DNA of 64,000 bases from a virus (Duplodnaviria > Caudoviricetes), in the IMG/VR virus record IMGVR_UViG_3300015244_001400, positions 1 to 64,000 of that record; one strand, written 5' to 3'. Below the pieces are notes generated by a model. The model saw nothing but the letters and a program-made list of their open reading frames with translations. It was not told where the DNA came from and did not search any database. Every line of letters begins with the position of its first letter. Position 1 is the stretch's first letter. The position numbers and the translations under genes were made by a program. Below are positions 8,095 through 17,677 of this stretch, one piece after another.

Positions 8095-9357
8095 TTAAAT
8101 AGTTAAAGGTTCAAATTTTTTTATGTCCCCATACATGTTTACTCTAAAGTGTTGAGGACAAACACTGTGTCTAGATTCAACTAAATGTATGGTTCTCATA
8201 TTTGGATATAAAAGAGATTTATCAGGTCTTCTAATTGCAGTACCAAAGTGTTTACTAAGATTAAACTTATCATCATTTGGGTTAAACATTGTAAAGATAT
8301 AATTACTATCCTCACTTAAATTACCTGTCTCTTTAATATCATCAGACTGTGGAAACAATCTGTCATCATCATACTGCCTTCTTCCAATGTCACTAACTGC
8401 TCTATTAAGGTGGATAATATGAACAAATGTAAAATTGCAAGTGTTTCTAAACTCTACAGCATATTCTGAGAATTTATCTACAGTTTCTTTCATCTTGAAA
8501 CCTCTTTCAGGTAGTAGCTTTCTTAAGTGGTCAGTTATAATAATGACATACTTAGCAGGGTTGTTAGGTTTATAACCTATCATCCTATTAAATGTTTGTC
8601 CATCTTTGACTGTAGTTCTATATAAGAACTCACCATTTTCTTTAGCATAACTTAAAAGATAGTTTCTGACTCCAGTAGGGTTGTCCTTGATCTCCAAGAA
8701 CTTAATTAACCCTTTAGAAACTTTTTCCCCTTTTTCACTATACTCTCCAAGTAAAGGAATTACTCTAGACCTATAAATGACTCTTATTTTAGAAACAAGG
8801 TCTTCAGGCACTTTAATAATTTCTTTGGGAGAGTCTGGGGTTGCAGTATCATATTCTAACTCGCCTTTTAAAAAGGCAGAAGATAAAGATACAACATTTT
8901 TCCCTTTATACAACTTTCCAGGGGGTAAATTTATCAAATATATACCATAATCTGCATTGAGAAAATGGGCTACAAAATCAAATTCTTTACTTACTCTGTC
9001 AATCTCAAAAGAGTTATAGATAAACTCAACATCAAGTATCTCACCATTTAACTTCTCGTACTCATTGTTAAGAGCAATCCTAGTTTCAGGGTCAGATGTT
9101 GTTTCAAGTCTAGTGGCAAGAGCCTCTAAAGAAGCTCTAATTTTGGCATTATGGTCCAATACATAAACAGCAGGTTCTATACAAAAACCTACATCTACAA
9201 AAGTTGACTTCCCTCCTTTTGGGGCAGCTCCAACAGTGTAAATTCTTCCTCTTTGGATACCATTAATTGCCTGTGAGATAGTCTTCAAACCTTCCCCCAT
9301 AGGAAGGCCTTTATTACTACCTTTTTGGCCTGCTTCAAATGCTGCTCTAAAATTCAT
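8095..9357 (-). CDS. dnaB: Replicative DnaB-like (SF4) helicase
   Basis: GAAPKGGKST Walker A, IIITDHLRKL, IIHLNR, DIKETGNLSEDSNYIF, IHLVESR. Confidence 0.85.
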   Translation of the reverse strand: MNFRAAFEAGQKGSNKGLPMGEGLKTISQAINGIQRGRIYTVGAAPKGGKSTFVDVGFCIEPAVYVLDHNAKIRASLEALATRLETTSDPETRIALNNEYEKLNGEILDVEFIYNSFEIDRVSKEFDFVAHFLNADYGIYLINLPPGKLYKGKNVVSLSSAFLKGELEYDTATPDSPKEIIKVPEDLVSKIRVIYRSRVIPLLGEYSEKGEKVSKGLIKFLEIKDNPTGVRNYLLSYAKENGEFLYRTTVKDGQTFNRMIGYKPNNPAKYVIIITDHLRKLLPERGFKMKETVDKFSEYAVEFRNTCNFTFVHIIHLNRAVSDIGRRQYDDDRLFPQSDDIKETGNLSEDSNYIFTMFNPNDDKFNLSKHFGTAIRRPDKSLLYPNMRTIHLVESRHSVCPQHFRVNMYGDIKKFEPLTI

Positions 9358-9929
9358 TATTGCATTCTTGAAGTTATGTCAACACTATCATTAGTTGAGG
9401 TATCAGCTATAGCTTCTCTATACTTTTCTACCCAACCTTCAAGTGCTGAAGTTCTGTCTCTACCTACACCTTTACTTATAAAGTAATGAGATGAGGTTAA
9501 ATATTCAGCACTGCTAAGAGTTCTGAAATACATTTTAGTTGCTCCAATAACATCTTCTTTTCTTACATCAGGGTTGTCAGCAAAAAATGCTTTCATTCTG
9601 GTAATACAATCTTTGTCTGGTGCTTTTCTTTTCTTGTTGACATTGCCAAACTCTGCATTCCATTCTTTAACCCAATCCCATTTGGTTTGACTTTCTCCTT
9701 CAAATAAAGGAATATGCCAAATAACCTCTCTATTAGCATCAATACCTAGAATGTTTGTAACATTCATTCTTTGAACTAGAAGAGTAGGAGTGTAAGAAGG
9801 TCTGCAATTAAAGAAGATAGATAAAAGATAAGCTACACCATCTTCTACAGGTATTGCATATTGTGCAAGTACTGTTCTAATCTGAGGATTTATTTTCATC
9901 TTTTTCAATTTTTTTAAATATGAATTCAA
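9357..9929 (-). CDS. Hypothetical protein (possible helicase loader/initiator)
   Basis: Clean ORF coupled to the DnaB gene; function inferred only from position. Confidence 0.5.
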   Translation of the reverse strand: MNSYLKKLKKMKINPQIRTVLAQYAIPVEDGVAYLLSIFFNCRPSYTPTLLVQRMNVTNILGIDANREVIWHIPLFEGESQTKWDWVKEWNAEFGNVNKKRKAPDKDCITRMKAFFADNPDVRKEDVIGATKMYFRTLSSAEYLTSSHYFISKGVGRDRTSALEGWVEKYREAIADTSTNDSVDITSRMQ

Positions 9930-10098
9930 TAATTTCTTTAACTTCTTCTAAAGCAAAAGTCTTATCAAAACTATTAATTACCATGTGTTTGTCTATTGTA
10001 CAGATAGCTCCAGGATTTTTCAATGCTTTGATTGTATCTATATCTACAGGTCTAATTTTACCTTTACCTAAGTATTGGTAATAAGCTAATAAACTCAT
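9877..10098 (-). CDS. Hypothetical protein
   Basis: Packed in-operon ORF overlapping both neighbours. Confidence 0.6.
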   Translation of the reverse strand: MSLLAYYQYLGKGKIRPVDIDTIKALKNPGAICTIDKHMVINSFDKTFALEEVKEIIEFIFKKIEKDENKSSD

Positions 10099-11366
10099 AT
10101 AAATCTTTCTTTAAAATTAGTAAATCTTACATGCTCTATCTTAGATTGATCTAAGTTTTCAATAGCAGTTTCTAACCACTTCTCATCTTGAGTTGATTCT
10201 GAAATTACTATGTATAAATGGGCTTCATGGCCAGGTCTAAACCTAATCAATCTCCCAATTCTTTGTACCAAGTCTTTCTCCTTAGAGTTTAACTGACCTA
10301 TAATACCTGAATCTACACCAGGAAAATTATGACCTTCATTGATTGCTTTTACACAAGATAATCTATTGATTGTCTCATTCTTAAAAGCATCATAAGATGC
10401 ACTGCCTGATTTAGAGTGATAAAATGTAGGGCAAACTTCTTCAGCTTGCTGTATATTACCACAAAATATTATAGTTCTGTCTTCTTTAGAGATTACTTTA
10501 TCCAACAGATACTTAATGACTTGAGTCTTAGAAGGTATCTTATAAATGAACTGCATTCTACCTAATATTGCAAATTTCAACTTACCTCTTCCTTGTGGAG
10601 TTTGGTCTCCCATACAAGATTGCACTCTTTTATTCCAATAGGAGTAAGCAGCAGATTCTGTAGTTGTAAAAGGATTGAGTTTATTCCCTCCAGGTATATT
10701 CTTTGTGGCATTATCCAAAGGCACTGTAATAACAGTAATCTTATATGGTGCTACAAATCCTAACCTAACAGCTTGATCTAAAGTTAGTTCATAAACAAGC
10801 TCAATACCTAACCTTCTAAGTATCTCTACTTTAACAAGGTCATTAGGTGGAGTTGCTGTAAGCAATACTGTTCTTTCAATATCATTGCTGATAAAGAATT
10901 CAGATGCTAACTCTGTAATATTATGCCCTTCATCAAGTATCACAATAGGATACTCATTACCTCCAATTTTAGAGGCAGAAGCATAACAAAGTCTTTCAGT
11001 ATGTTTCCATACATTTCTTGCATCCCACTTTTCAAACTCTTCTTTCCAATTCTCATCTCTAAGCTTTTCAGTTGGTACTAAAAGTGCTGCATGAAAATCA
11101 TTTTCAGGTTTAAAATAGTATTTAGCTAGTTCTACTGCTACTTTAGACTTACCTGAACCTGTAGCCATAGCTACCATTCCACCATTGTTTCTGATAACAG
11201 CTTGTATGGCTTCAGCCTGGACCTTCTCTCTAACTAAATTTACAAATTGAGTAGATTGATCAGGTTCTGTAATTTTCTCTCTTAAAACCTCTATTTTATC
11301 AATATAGGTTAAGATTGATTCAGGTTTTTTGAAGAGTACCTCTAACTCTCTAAAATACTTTTTCAT
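10095..11366 (-). CDS. Superfamily 2 (DExH) helicase
   Basis: MATGSGKS, ILDEGHN, LLTATPP, NEGHNFP, QRIGRLIR. Confidence 0.9.
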   Translation of the reverse strand: MKKYFRELEVLFKKPESILTYIDKIEVLREKITEPDQSTQFVNLVREKVQAEAIQAVIRNNGGMVAMATGSGKSKVAVELAKYYFKPENDFHAALLVPTEKLRDENWKEEFEKWDARNVWKHTERLCYASASKIGGNEYPIVILDEGHNITELASEFFISNDIERTVLLTATPPNDLVKVEILRRLGIELVYELTLDQAVRLGFVAPYKITVITVPLDNATKNIPGGNKLNPFTTTESAAYSYWNKRVQSCMGDQTPQGRGKLKFAILGRMQFIYKIPSKTQVIKYLLDKVISKEDRTIIFCGNIQQAEEVCPTFYHSKSGSASYDAFKNETINRLSCVKAINEGHNFPGVDSGIIGQLNSKEKDLVQRIGRLIRFRPGHEAHLYIVISESTQDEKWLETAIENLDQSKIEHVRFTNFKERFI

Positions 11367-11620
11367 GCAAAAAACTGTTTAATATACCCTATAGGTATGA
11401 TAATTAATTTTACTTTTTGTGTCACTCCTTGAGCTTTCAAGTTAGCAGCTGTTGAAATAAAGAAAGGATGCTTTTTATCTCTGATAAAAGTCAAAGGAAA
11501 TAAGCAATGAGCATGTAATTCTTCAACAATCTCTGATTCTGTAGCTCCTCCCTTTAGCACTGCTATAGGTTGAGACAAAAAGAAATTAAAAATGTCTGTG
11601 TAATTAATGACTTTCTGCAT
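11363..11620 (-). CDS. Hypothetical protein
   Basis: In-operon ORF overlapping both neighbours. Confidence 0.6.
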   Translation of the reverse strand: MQKVINYTDIFNFFLSQPIAVLKGGATESEIVEELHAHCLFPLTFIRDKKHPFFISTAANLKAQGVTQKVKLIIIPIGYIKQFFA

Positions 11621-13490
11621 AGTTTTTTCCTATATCTATACTTATTCCTAATGGTACATTGAGTTTCAATACCTCATTAGTAATTGCTATAGCTTTGTTA
11701 AGTTTATCCTTTACTTCTTGTTGCTCTGTCTTTAGAAATGTAAATCCAATTTCATCATGGTATTGAAGACTAATCTTAATACCTTGTTTCCTTACATTTC
11801 TAATGTGTGTGTCAAAACAGAATACTCCTGTACCTTGATTTAAGGTACTGAATCTATCTTTAGGTTGTCTTAAAGAATACCAAAAGCCACTAACAGGGTT
11901 ATATAACCACATTTGCTTTCCAACTTCCTTATAGACAGCATCATTAGTAATTTGCTTTACAGCTTTATTTCTTTCCCAATAGGTTTTATGTAGAGCTGTG
12001 GCTTCTGCCAATGACATACCTGTTGTTAAGGCTATCTTTGGTGGTCCTGCTCCATAAACACCTGAAAAGTTTACTACTTTTGCTTTTGTTCTGACTTTCT
12101 TATAAGAGGTTCCTTCTTTACCTTCTGTAGCTTCATACAATTTATGGTCAGCTACTTGTTCAGGTGTAAGCATACCTGATAATACTGCAATATCAAGATG
12201 AGGATCAAATCCTGGTATTCTCATTTGTATCACATAGTCAGGGTCATAGAAGTACATGTAATGTTGTTTGGTAGTATCTTCAAGAGAAGACATATCACTA
12301 CCACAGAACAAGTGGTCTTCATCTGGTGCTATAATAGCTCCTCTGATTTCCTTACCATAAGGCTTATCTACAGATGGTAGATTGGCAACAGGCTTCTTAT
12401 GTTTAAATCTAAGAGTATTAGTAAATCCTGCAACTTGAGATGCCATCTTACCTTGCTCATTAGAACACTCAAGAAATCCTTCTAGCACACCTACTCTATG
12501 CTGTAGCATAAATAGACCTTTAAGGTTTTCAAGAACAGGGTGAGTCTCTGCCAATAGAATAATGTTTGCACATAATCTTTTGTCATTGTCCTGTAGTTGA
12601 GGTATTGCTCTGATTTCTCCTGCCTTATTAGGAACATGTTTAAATACAGTTGGTTTCCAACCCAAATTGAATAGCCAATCTTTAAGCTGAGATATTGAAG
12701 TAGGATTAGGTTCTTCTATAGATTTAACTATAGAGATTTCTCCTTCATAATCAGCTTCCAAATTGTGTTCAGAAAGTAATTCTAACCAGGCTACACCAGC
12801 TTTAGTTAATTCTTCTTTTACTGTAAACATCTTACTTGGTTTAGTCTTGATAAGATACTTAACTTGCTTTGGCATTGCTGCTATCAAGGCTAGTTTTCTT
12901 TCTTCTACAAGTTCATTCAAAGTTTTAAGAGTTCTTTTACAGTATTCTCTGTCAATTGTCAATGGGTATTGCTCCTGTTCTGCAGCACAATCTAATTTCC
13001 AAGTGAGGTAATACATTATCCTTTCTATAGGTTCTTCAGCATAGATATCTTTAAGATAACTAATGAATTTACCAAATATAATAGAGTTGATTACCACATC
13101 TGAAGAGCATCTGTGCACATAATCTTCTGTTGCTAAATTTTCCCAATCAGCAATGTGTGGTTTAGCTACTCCTACAGTTTGTCCCCAAGACTCTAACCCA
13201 TGCTCTTTTCTTTCAGGGTATAAATACCAAGAAAGAGCTAAAGTATCAATTATAGCCCCTGTATGCACATATCCTGTGAGCTTTTTAATAGCAGGGAAAT
13301 CATACCTAACAACATTATGTCCTATAAGAACATCTTGATTAGATAAGAAGTTTACTAGCTCCCAAGTATTAGTGACAACAGTTTCTCCTAATAATTGATT
13401 ACCTTCATAAGTGTGGGCTACAAGACAGTGAAAAGTAGTAAGAGTTTCCAGTAAACCATCAGTCTCTATATCAAAGATAGTATATCTCAT
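11604..13490 (-). CDS. polA: Family A DNA polymerase with a 3'-5' exonuclease domain
   Basis: ExoI FDIETDG, ExoII GHNVVRYD, motif A GSDMSSLE, motif B RTKAKVVNFSGVYG (Phe at the E. coli 762-equivalent site), motif C QYHDE. Confidence 0.95.
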   Translation of the reverse strand: MRYTIFDIETDGLLETLTTFHCLVAHTYEGNQLLGETVVTNTWELVNFLSNQDVLIGHNVVRYDFPAIKKLTGYVHTGAIIDTLALSWYLYPERKEHGLESWGQTVGVAKPHIADWENLATEDYVHRCSSDVVINSIIFGKFISYLKDIYAEEPIERIMYYLTWKLDCAAEQEQYPLTIDREYCKRTLKTLNELVEERKLALIAAMPKQVKYLIKTKPSKMFTVKEELTKAGVAWLELLSEHNLEADYEGEISIVKSIEEPNPTSISQLKDWLFNLGWKPTVFKHVPNKAGEIRAIPQLQDNDKRLCANIILLAETHPVLENLKGLFMLQHRVGVLEGFLECSNEQGKMASQVAGFTNTLRFKHKKPVANLPSVDKPYGKEIRGAIIAPDEDHLFCGSDMSSLEDTTKQHYMYFYDPDYVIQMRIPGFDPHLDIAVLSGMLTPEQVADHKLYEATEGKEGTSYKKVRTKAKVVNFSGVYGAGPPKIALTTGMSLAEATALHKTYWERNKAVKQITNDAVYKEVGKQMWLYNPVSGFWYSLRQPKDRFSTLNQGTGVFCFDTHIRNVRKQGIKISLQYHDEIGFTFLKTEQQEVKDKLNKAIAITNEVLKLNVPLGISIDIGKNYAESH

Positions 13491-13493
13491 AAG

Positions 13494-13895
13494 TTAGTAG
13501 TCTAATATTCCTGAGTCTCTTATAGATTCATATAATTCATCCTTTTGTGAAGGGAACAATACTGTTTTTTGTACAATTTCTTTTAGTATCTCTTTTCTTG
13601 AAGAAATATCTAATACATTAGTTCCTTGAAGTGCATTTTCAATTCTTAAACACAATTCAGAAACTACTGTGGCTCCTTTTTTCATATGATCTTCCTCATC
13701 AATTTCTTTTGGAATGATAAGTTTAGATACATACTCCTCTAAGTGAGGTAATACAATATTTAAAGATTGTTTGGCTTTTTGTACCAATAGTCCATTTTCT
13801 TTCATTGTTTCAAACCTATCAAGGAGAGCTACTGAAAGAGAAAGACTTTCTATTACTACATCACTAAGCTGTTGAGAGTTTAGTTTATTTAACAT
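13494..13895 (-). CDS. Hypothetical protein
   Basis: In-operon ORF. Confidence 0.65.
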   Translation of the reverse strand: MLNKLNSQQLSDVVIESLSLSVALLDRFETMKENGLLVQKAKQSLNIVLPHLEEYVSKLIIPKEIDEEDHMKKGATVVSELCLRIENALQGTNVLDISSRKEILKEIVQKTVLFPSQKDELYESIRDSGILDY

Positions 13896-14175
13896 AGTCT
13901 ATCTCATTGATAAACAAATTGTTATAAGTTCTTCCATTCTTTTCAGAGCCTATAAACACAAAACCAATTTCAACTTGATCTCCAGGTCTAATACCTAGTT
14001 TATCAATTCTTGAAATCATCACATCTCTAATCTCAAAGAAAGCTTTTTGACCATCTTCTGTGGTAATAGTGACTACAGCTCTTTTCTTTGTTGGTCTACC
14101 TTCAACAACAATAGCTTCAGGAGTAGACACTTTTTCAAAATACCCCATAAAAGGAGTTAACAATTTCTTGTTCAT
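13885..14175 (-). CDS. DUF3127-like OB-fold protein (putative ssDNA-binding)
   Basis: FFEIR...IRPGDQVEIGFVFIGSEKNGRTYNNL matches the Bacteroidota DUF3127 pattern as I recall it. Confidence 0.6.
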   Translation of the reverse strand: MNKKLLTPFMGYFEKVSTPEAIVVEGRPTKKRAVVTITTEDGQKAFFEIRDVMISRIDKLGIRPGDQVEIGFVFIGSEKNGRTYNNLFINEIDYVK

Positions 14176-14177
14176 AA

Positions 14178-15449
14178 TTAAACATTGTATAAAATTAATA
14201 AATCACTAGCTCTGGTTATTCCTGTATAGAACAACCTTTGTTTTTCTTTTTCATTCTGATTAAAACTTATGTCTTTGACATTTAGAACAGTAGTTTCATA
14301 GGTACTACCTTGACTTTTGTGGATTGTAAGTGCATGATTGTATTTAAAGCTTGCAAAGATATTTAAAAAACTATTTCTTTGTTCAAATGTTAATAAGTTT
14401 TGCTTACAATTTTTATTCATTATTGCAGCATACCTTTTAAACAGAGCAAGAGAAGAGTCATCTAATACTAAGATATCTTTGTTAATAGAATAAACTACAA
14501 ATTTAGCTTCTTCAGTTATCTTTTCTTTGTGAGTACTACTCAATAAAACTTCCATAGTCTTTGTAAACTTATGTAGCTCTTCTACTTTTACAGTCTCATT
14601 GGTATTATACTTATTATAAGGGGCATCAAACACAATAGTTTCTCCAAGCTCTATTTTAGCTGGATAATCTCCATATATTCTCTGTCTTACTAAAGCATTA
14701 ATCTTATCAACTTCCTTATTAGTCCAAGCAAGATATTTAAACTCATCAGTTCCATTGACTTTGGCTAACTCTTCAATAATCTTTGCTAAGTTTTGAGTAT
14801 AAAGATATCCAATATCTTGACCTTCAGGCCCTGCTAACAAATTGGATTTTCTCTCCCAAATATTAGGTAGATTTCTACTAAGAGTAATGATAGGATTGCC
14901 ATTACCTTGTCTAATGATTTCAGTAAGCTCTACCTCTGCATAATCTTGATGAAATATAGGGCTATCATCTTCTCCTACAGGATTGATTTGCTTGCCATCA
15001 CCCACAAATATTACTGTGGTATTCTGAGCTGCAGCACATTCCTCTATGGTTTTAACCATTTCAGAATCTACCATTGAAGCTTCATCAATAACCCAATAAT
15101 CAATATTGTTTAGTGGTGGCCAATTAGGATTAGGACTTGACCTAAATATCCTCTCTCCTGTTCTTTTATCTGTAATACTCCTATAATGCAAAGCACTGTG
15201 TATTGTAGTGAATTTAACTTCATCAACTTGTACTTTGGTTCTGATTACAGATAATGCTTTATGTGTAGGAGCTGAACACATAATTCTTTTAGCTTTTGTT
15301 TTTGTAGTAAGGTGTTTGACTATTGTGTGTACTAGCCAAGTTTTCCCTACTCCTGCAGAACCTTTTAAGAGAATTCTGTCTTCTCTAGCATCAATGAGTT
15401 CTATAACTTCATTGAACTTTTCTCTCTGATGGGTTGTTAAACTACTCAT
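14178..15449 (-). CDS. SF1B Dda/RecD-like helicase
   Basis: KGSAGVGKT, APTHKA, VIDEASMV, VGDGKQINPV, TEIIRQ, ALTIHKSQGSTY, YTGITRA. Confidence 0.9.
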   Translation of the reverse strand: MSSLTTHQREKFNEVIELIDAREDRILLKGSAGVGKTWLVHTIVKHLTTKTKAKRIMCSAPTHKALSVIRTKVQVDEVKFTTIHSALHYRSITDKRTGERIFRSSPNPNWPPLNNIDYWVIDEASMVDSEMVKTIEECAAAQNTTVIFVGDGKQINPVGEDDSPIFHQDYAEVELTEIIRQGNGNPIITLSRNLPNIWERKSNLLAGPEGQDIGYLYTQNLAKIIEELAKVNGTDEFKYLAWTNKEVDKINALVRQRIYGDYPAKIELGETIVFDAPYNKYNTNETVKVEELHKFTKTMEVLLSSTHKEKITEEAKFVVYSINKDILVLDDSSLALFKRYAAIMNKNCKQNLLTFEQRNSFLNIFASFKYNHALTIHKSQGSTYETTVLNVKDISFNQNEKEKQRLFYTGITRASDLLILYNV

Positions 15450-15464
15450 TTATCTACTAATGGT

Positions 15465-15504
15465 AAAAAAAAGATAAAGTGAGGGGTAAGTCTCACTTTA
15501 TCTT
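15465..15504 (-). terminator. Intrinsic terminator
   Basis: AAGATAAAGTGAG-8nt-CTCACTTTATCTT hairpin with a T-tract on the minus strand. Confidence 0.8.
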
Positions 15505-15517
15505 TAAGTTAATAATA

Positions 15518-16156
15518 CTATAGAACTTCTTGTCCTACAGATACTGAATTCATAACTCCAGCTAATTCTGCATTCATAGAAGCAGAAGCATAGAAGTCTG
15601 CAGGATCTTCAGTTCTTAAATCTTGGTCAGCAGTAGCAGTAGATTTAAAGAAATCTGCTTTGTACTGTGGTTTACCATTTTTCAAGATCAATTTACCTGC
15701 TTGAGCATCTCCTTCTCCATAACGGATTGCTTGCTTATCAGCAATTGCATCCATTGTAGTCAAACCTGCATTGATTGCATAAGCTTGATTGTCAGAGATA
15801 ATTGGTTTGTTTGCATAGATTCTGTAAACAGTAGCTTCAGGTAATGCAGCCAATTTAGCAATTACAGATTCAACTGTAGATTCCATTGGTACATCAACCC
15901 ATACTACTCTTTTAGAGTCAGATACAAATTCTTTTTCAGAGAAACCAAACTCAGATGTACTGAATGGGTTATCTTGAAAGTTGTTACTTACAGACTTTGA
16001 TGGGTAAAATGACTTTGTAGTCACAGTCTGTTTAATTTCAGCAGTTAGAGTTCCCTCTTTTTGCCATTGAGTAGCATGTACTCTAGAAATTTCTAAACCT
16101 CCTTTAGAGATTTCAGTTCTTTTTCCTTGTTCTTGTGTGCTTGCAATTGTGTTCAT
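15518..16156 (-). CDS. Hypothetical protein with its own terminator
   Basis: Clean 212-aa ORF with an A-rich leader. Confidence 0.8.
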   Translation of the reverse strand: MNTIASTQEQGKRTEISKGGLEISRVHATQWQKEGTLTAEIKQTVTTKSFYPSKSVSNNFQDNPFSTSEFGFSEKEFVSDSKRVVWVDVPMESTVESVIAKLAALPEATVYRIYANKPIISDNQAYAINAGLTTMDAIADKQAIRYGEGDAQAGKLILKNGKPQYKADFFKSTATADQDLRTEDPADFYASASMNAELAGVMNSVSVGQEVL

Positions 16157-16434
16157 AATAATTTGATTTTGTTTTCTAATTGTTTCATAGTAAAGGTAAT
16201 AACCTATTCCACTCTCAGATTAATGATTTGATTTTTATCTATATTTTACCTTTGGTTAATTAAAAAGTCAGAAAAGTTTTCTTAAAGATCATGGCAATGC
16301 CAAACACTTTCTATTATTCTGACCCAAACCTCTGTGCTACACTTGTCTATGACCAGATCACTTACAATATTTGAGCTCAAGAGCTGTATTGTTTTAGGAT
16401 GCAATGGGATTGAGAACTCTGTTGACAATGTTTG

Positions 16435-16838
16435 TAGTGGACCCGCTGGGAATTGAACCCAGGTCTTAAATACTTCAGTAATTAGAAATGTATACAGCTT
16501 AGTTCTCCTATTTATCTTTTAATTCTGTTAGGTACAAGAATAGGGTCTACTGTTAAGAAGACCTCCACCATCTAGTTTTCTATCCTAGCAAACTGAGTAT
16601 TAATCTACCTATTTTTGGTTAGGCAACCATCGCCAATTCTTCTCTTGAAGAGAATAAGTTAATAACACCATTTAAGATGCTATCTACTACATTCATATTA
16701 GCTGCTATTTGTGCGTTGTCTTCTAAAGATACTACACTGTTGTTTGTGTTTCCAATTACTTGATTCACCTTAGTTTACAGTTATCTCTCTGGCTGATTTC
16801 TAATCCATAACATACCTAATCAAAGCCAAGTCGGGCCC
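16435..16838 (-). ncRNA. ssrA: tmRNA
   Basis: 5' GGGCCCGACTTGGCTTTGA pairs with 3' CGGGTCCA (acceptor stem with G3-U70 Ala identity pair, discriminator A at 16438). T-arm CTGGGTTCAATTCCCAG. Helix 2 ATTAGAAAT/ATTTCTAAT. About 400 nt with an internal tag ORF. CCA is not encoded (ACTA). Confidence 0.93.
16619..16753 (-). other. tmRNA tag reading frame, 44 codons: (A)GNTNNSVVSLEDNAQIAANMNVVDSILNGVINLFSSREELAMVA*
   Basis: Resume-like context AGTAATT|GGA, open frame to TAA at 16621-16619, hydrophobic Ala-ending C-terminus. Confidence 0.75.
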
Positions 16839-16936
16839 AATAATTTAACAGTTGGATAAATAAGAATGAAAGGGATACTTCCATAGAAGTTTTACTCCCT
16901 TTTCAATCTCATCGTTAAATTTAATCCAACCTAAAT

Positions 16937-17197
16937 TTAACTTAATGCTAGCCTATGCTTAAGAATAGTGTTATTCTTTTGCAAGGTTTCATATTCTTTT
17001 TCCATTTCTCTCATGTCTTGATCTCTCAAGGCTGATAGTTTAGTAGCAATTGCTAAAAGAATTTCATTTTGTGCTTGAGATTCAAAATCTCTTCTTAAAA
17101 GATAAACAACTTTGTTTACATATTCTCCTTGTACTTCAGGTACAGGATTTAGTAATAAAGATAATTGTGTTCTCCATTGATTTAAAAACTTCTTCAT
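16937..17197 (-). CDS. Hypothetical early protein with a coiled coil (ATG at 17197 preferred over TTG at 17221)
   Basis: MKKFLNQW...; A/T-rich leader ATAATATT before the ATG. Confidence 0.7.
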   Translation of the reverse strand: MKKFLNQWRTQLSLLLNPVPEVQGEYVNKVVYLLRRDFESQAQNEILLAIATKLSALRDQDMREMEKEYETLQKNNTILKHRLALS

Positions 17198-17324
17198 AAT
17201 ATTATGTATTTGATTGGACAATTGGTATTGAGGACTATCTCTAGCCCTCTAATACCTTAGTATTGGATTTAAATTAAACTCCGTAATGTTAATTTATAGT
17301 AGTACATACAAAATGAGTATTGTA

Positions 17325-17352
17325 TTACTGCTACAAATTAGTGAGGGTTTTG
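17325..17352 (-). promoter_or_regulatory. Repeated phage-type early promoter, copy 5
   Basis: CAAAACCCTCAC-TAATTTGT-AGCAGTAA, just after a terminator. Confidence 0.6.
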
Positions 17353-17369
17353 AGAGGAGGTTAAAAAAC

Positions 17370-17400
17370 AAAAAAAAGGAGATAAACTAGTCATCTCCTC
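17370..17400 (-). terminator. Intrinsic terminator
   Basis: GGAGAT-GACTAGTTT-ATCTCC followed by a T-tract on the minus strand. Confidence 0.7.
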
Positions 17401-17677
17401 TTAACATCTTCTCAAGTAATAATATTTTTACTAATATAGGATTCTCCTCTATTATTTGAGCTGTCTTATCTACAACATACAATGTAGTTAATAATAATAA
17501 CTCATTATAACTAAATGTTTCAGCTATCTTTTGACACAACTCGCTTTGCTCTGGTTGCTCTAATAACATAACCTTACTTATATCAGCAAGTTTACTATTC
17601 ATCTCTGCAATGTCTTTAGGGTCAAAGCCTAATGCATCTACAAAGGACTTCTTACTGTGGTCAAATACTGTTGCCAT
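17387..17677 (-). CDS. Hypothetical early protein
   Basis: 96-aa ORF followed by a terminator. Confidence 0.75.
   Translation of the reverse strand: MATVFDHSKKSFVDALGFDPKDIAEMNSKLADISKVMLLEQPEQSELCQKIAETFSYNELLLLTTLYVVDKTAQIIEENPILVKILLLEKMLRGDD

Noticed and set aside
16330-16434. Theta/HDV-like ribozyme directly 3' of the tmRNA
   Set aside because: I could not find the nested double-pseudoknot pairings; an Infernal or RNArobo search would be needed to exclude it fully
16435-16470. Possible stand-alone tRNA-Ala from the GGTTCAATTCC T-arm
   Set aside because: No anticodon arm nearby; the matching 5' acceptor strand is about 400 nt away, which defines a tmRNA
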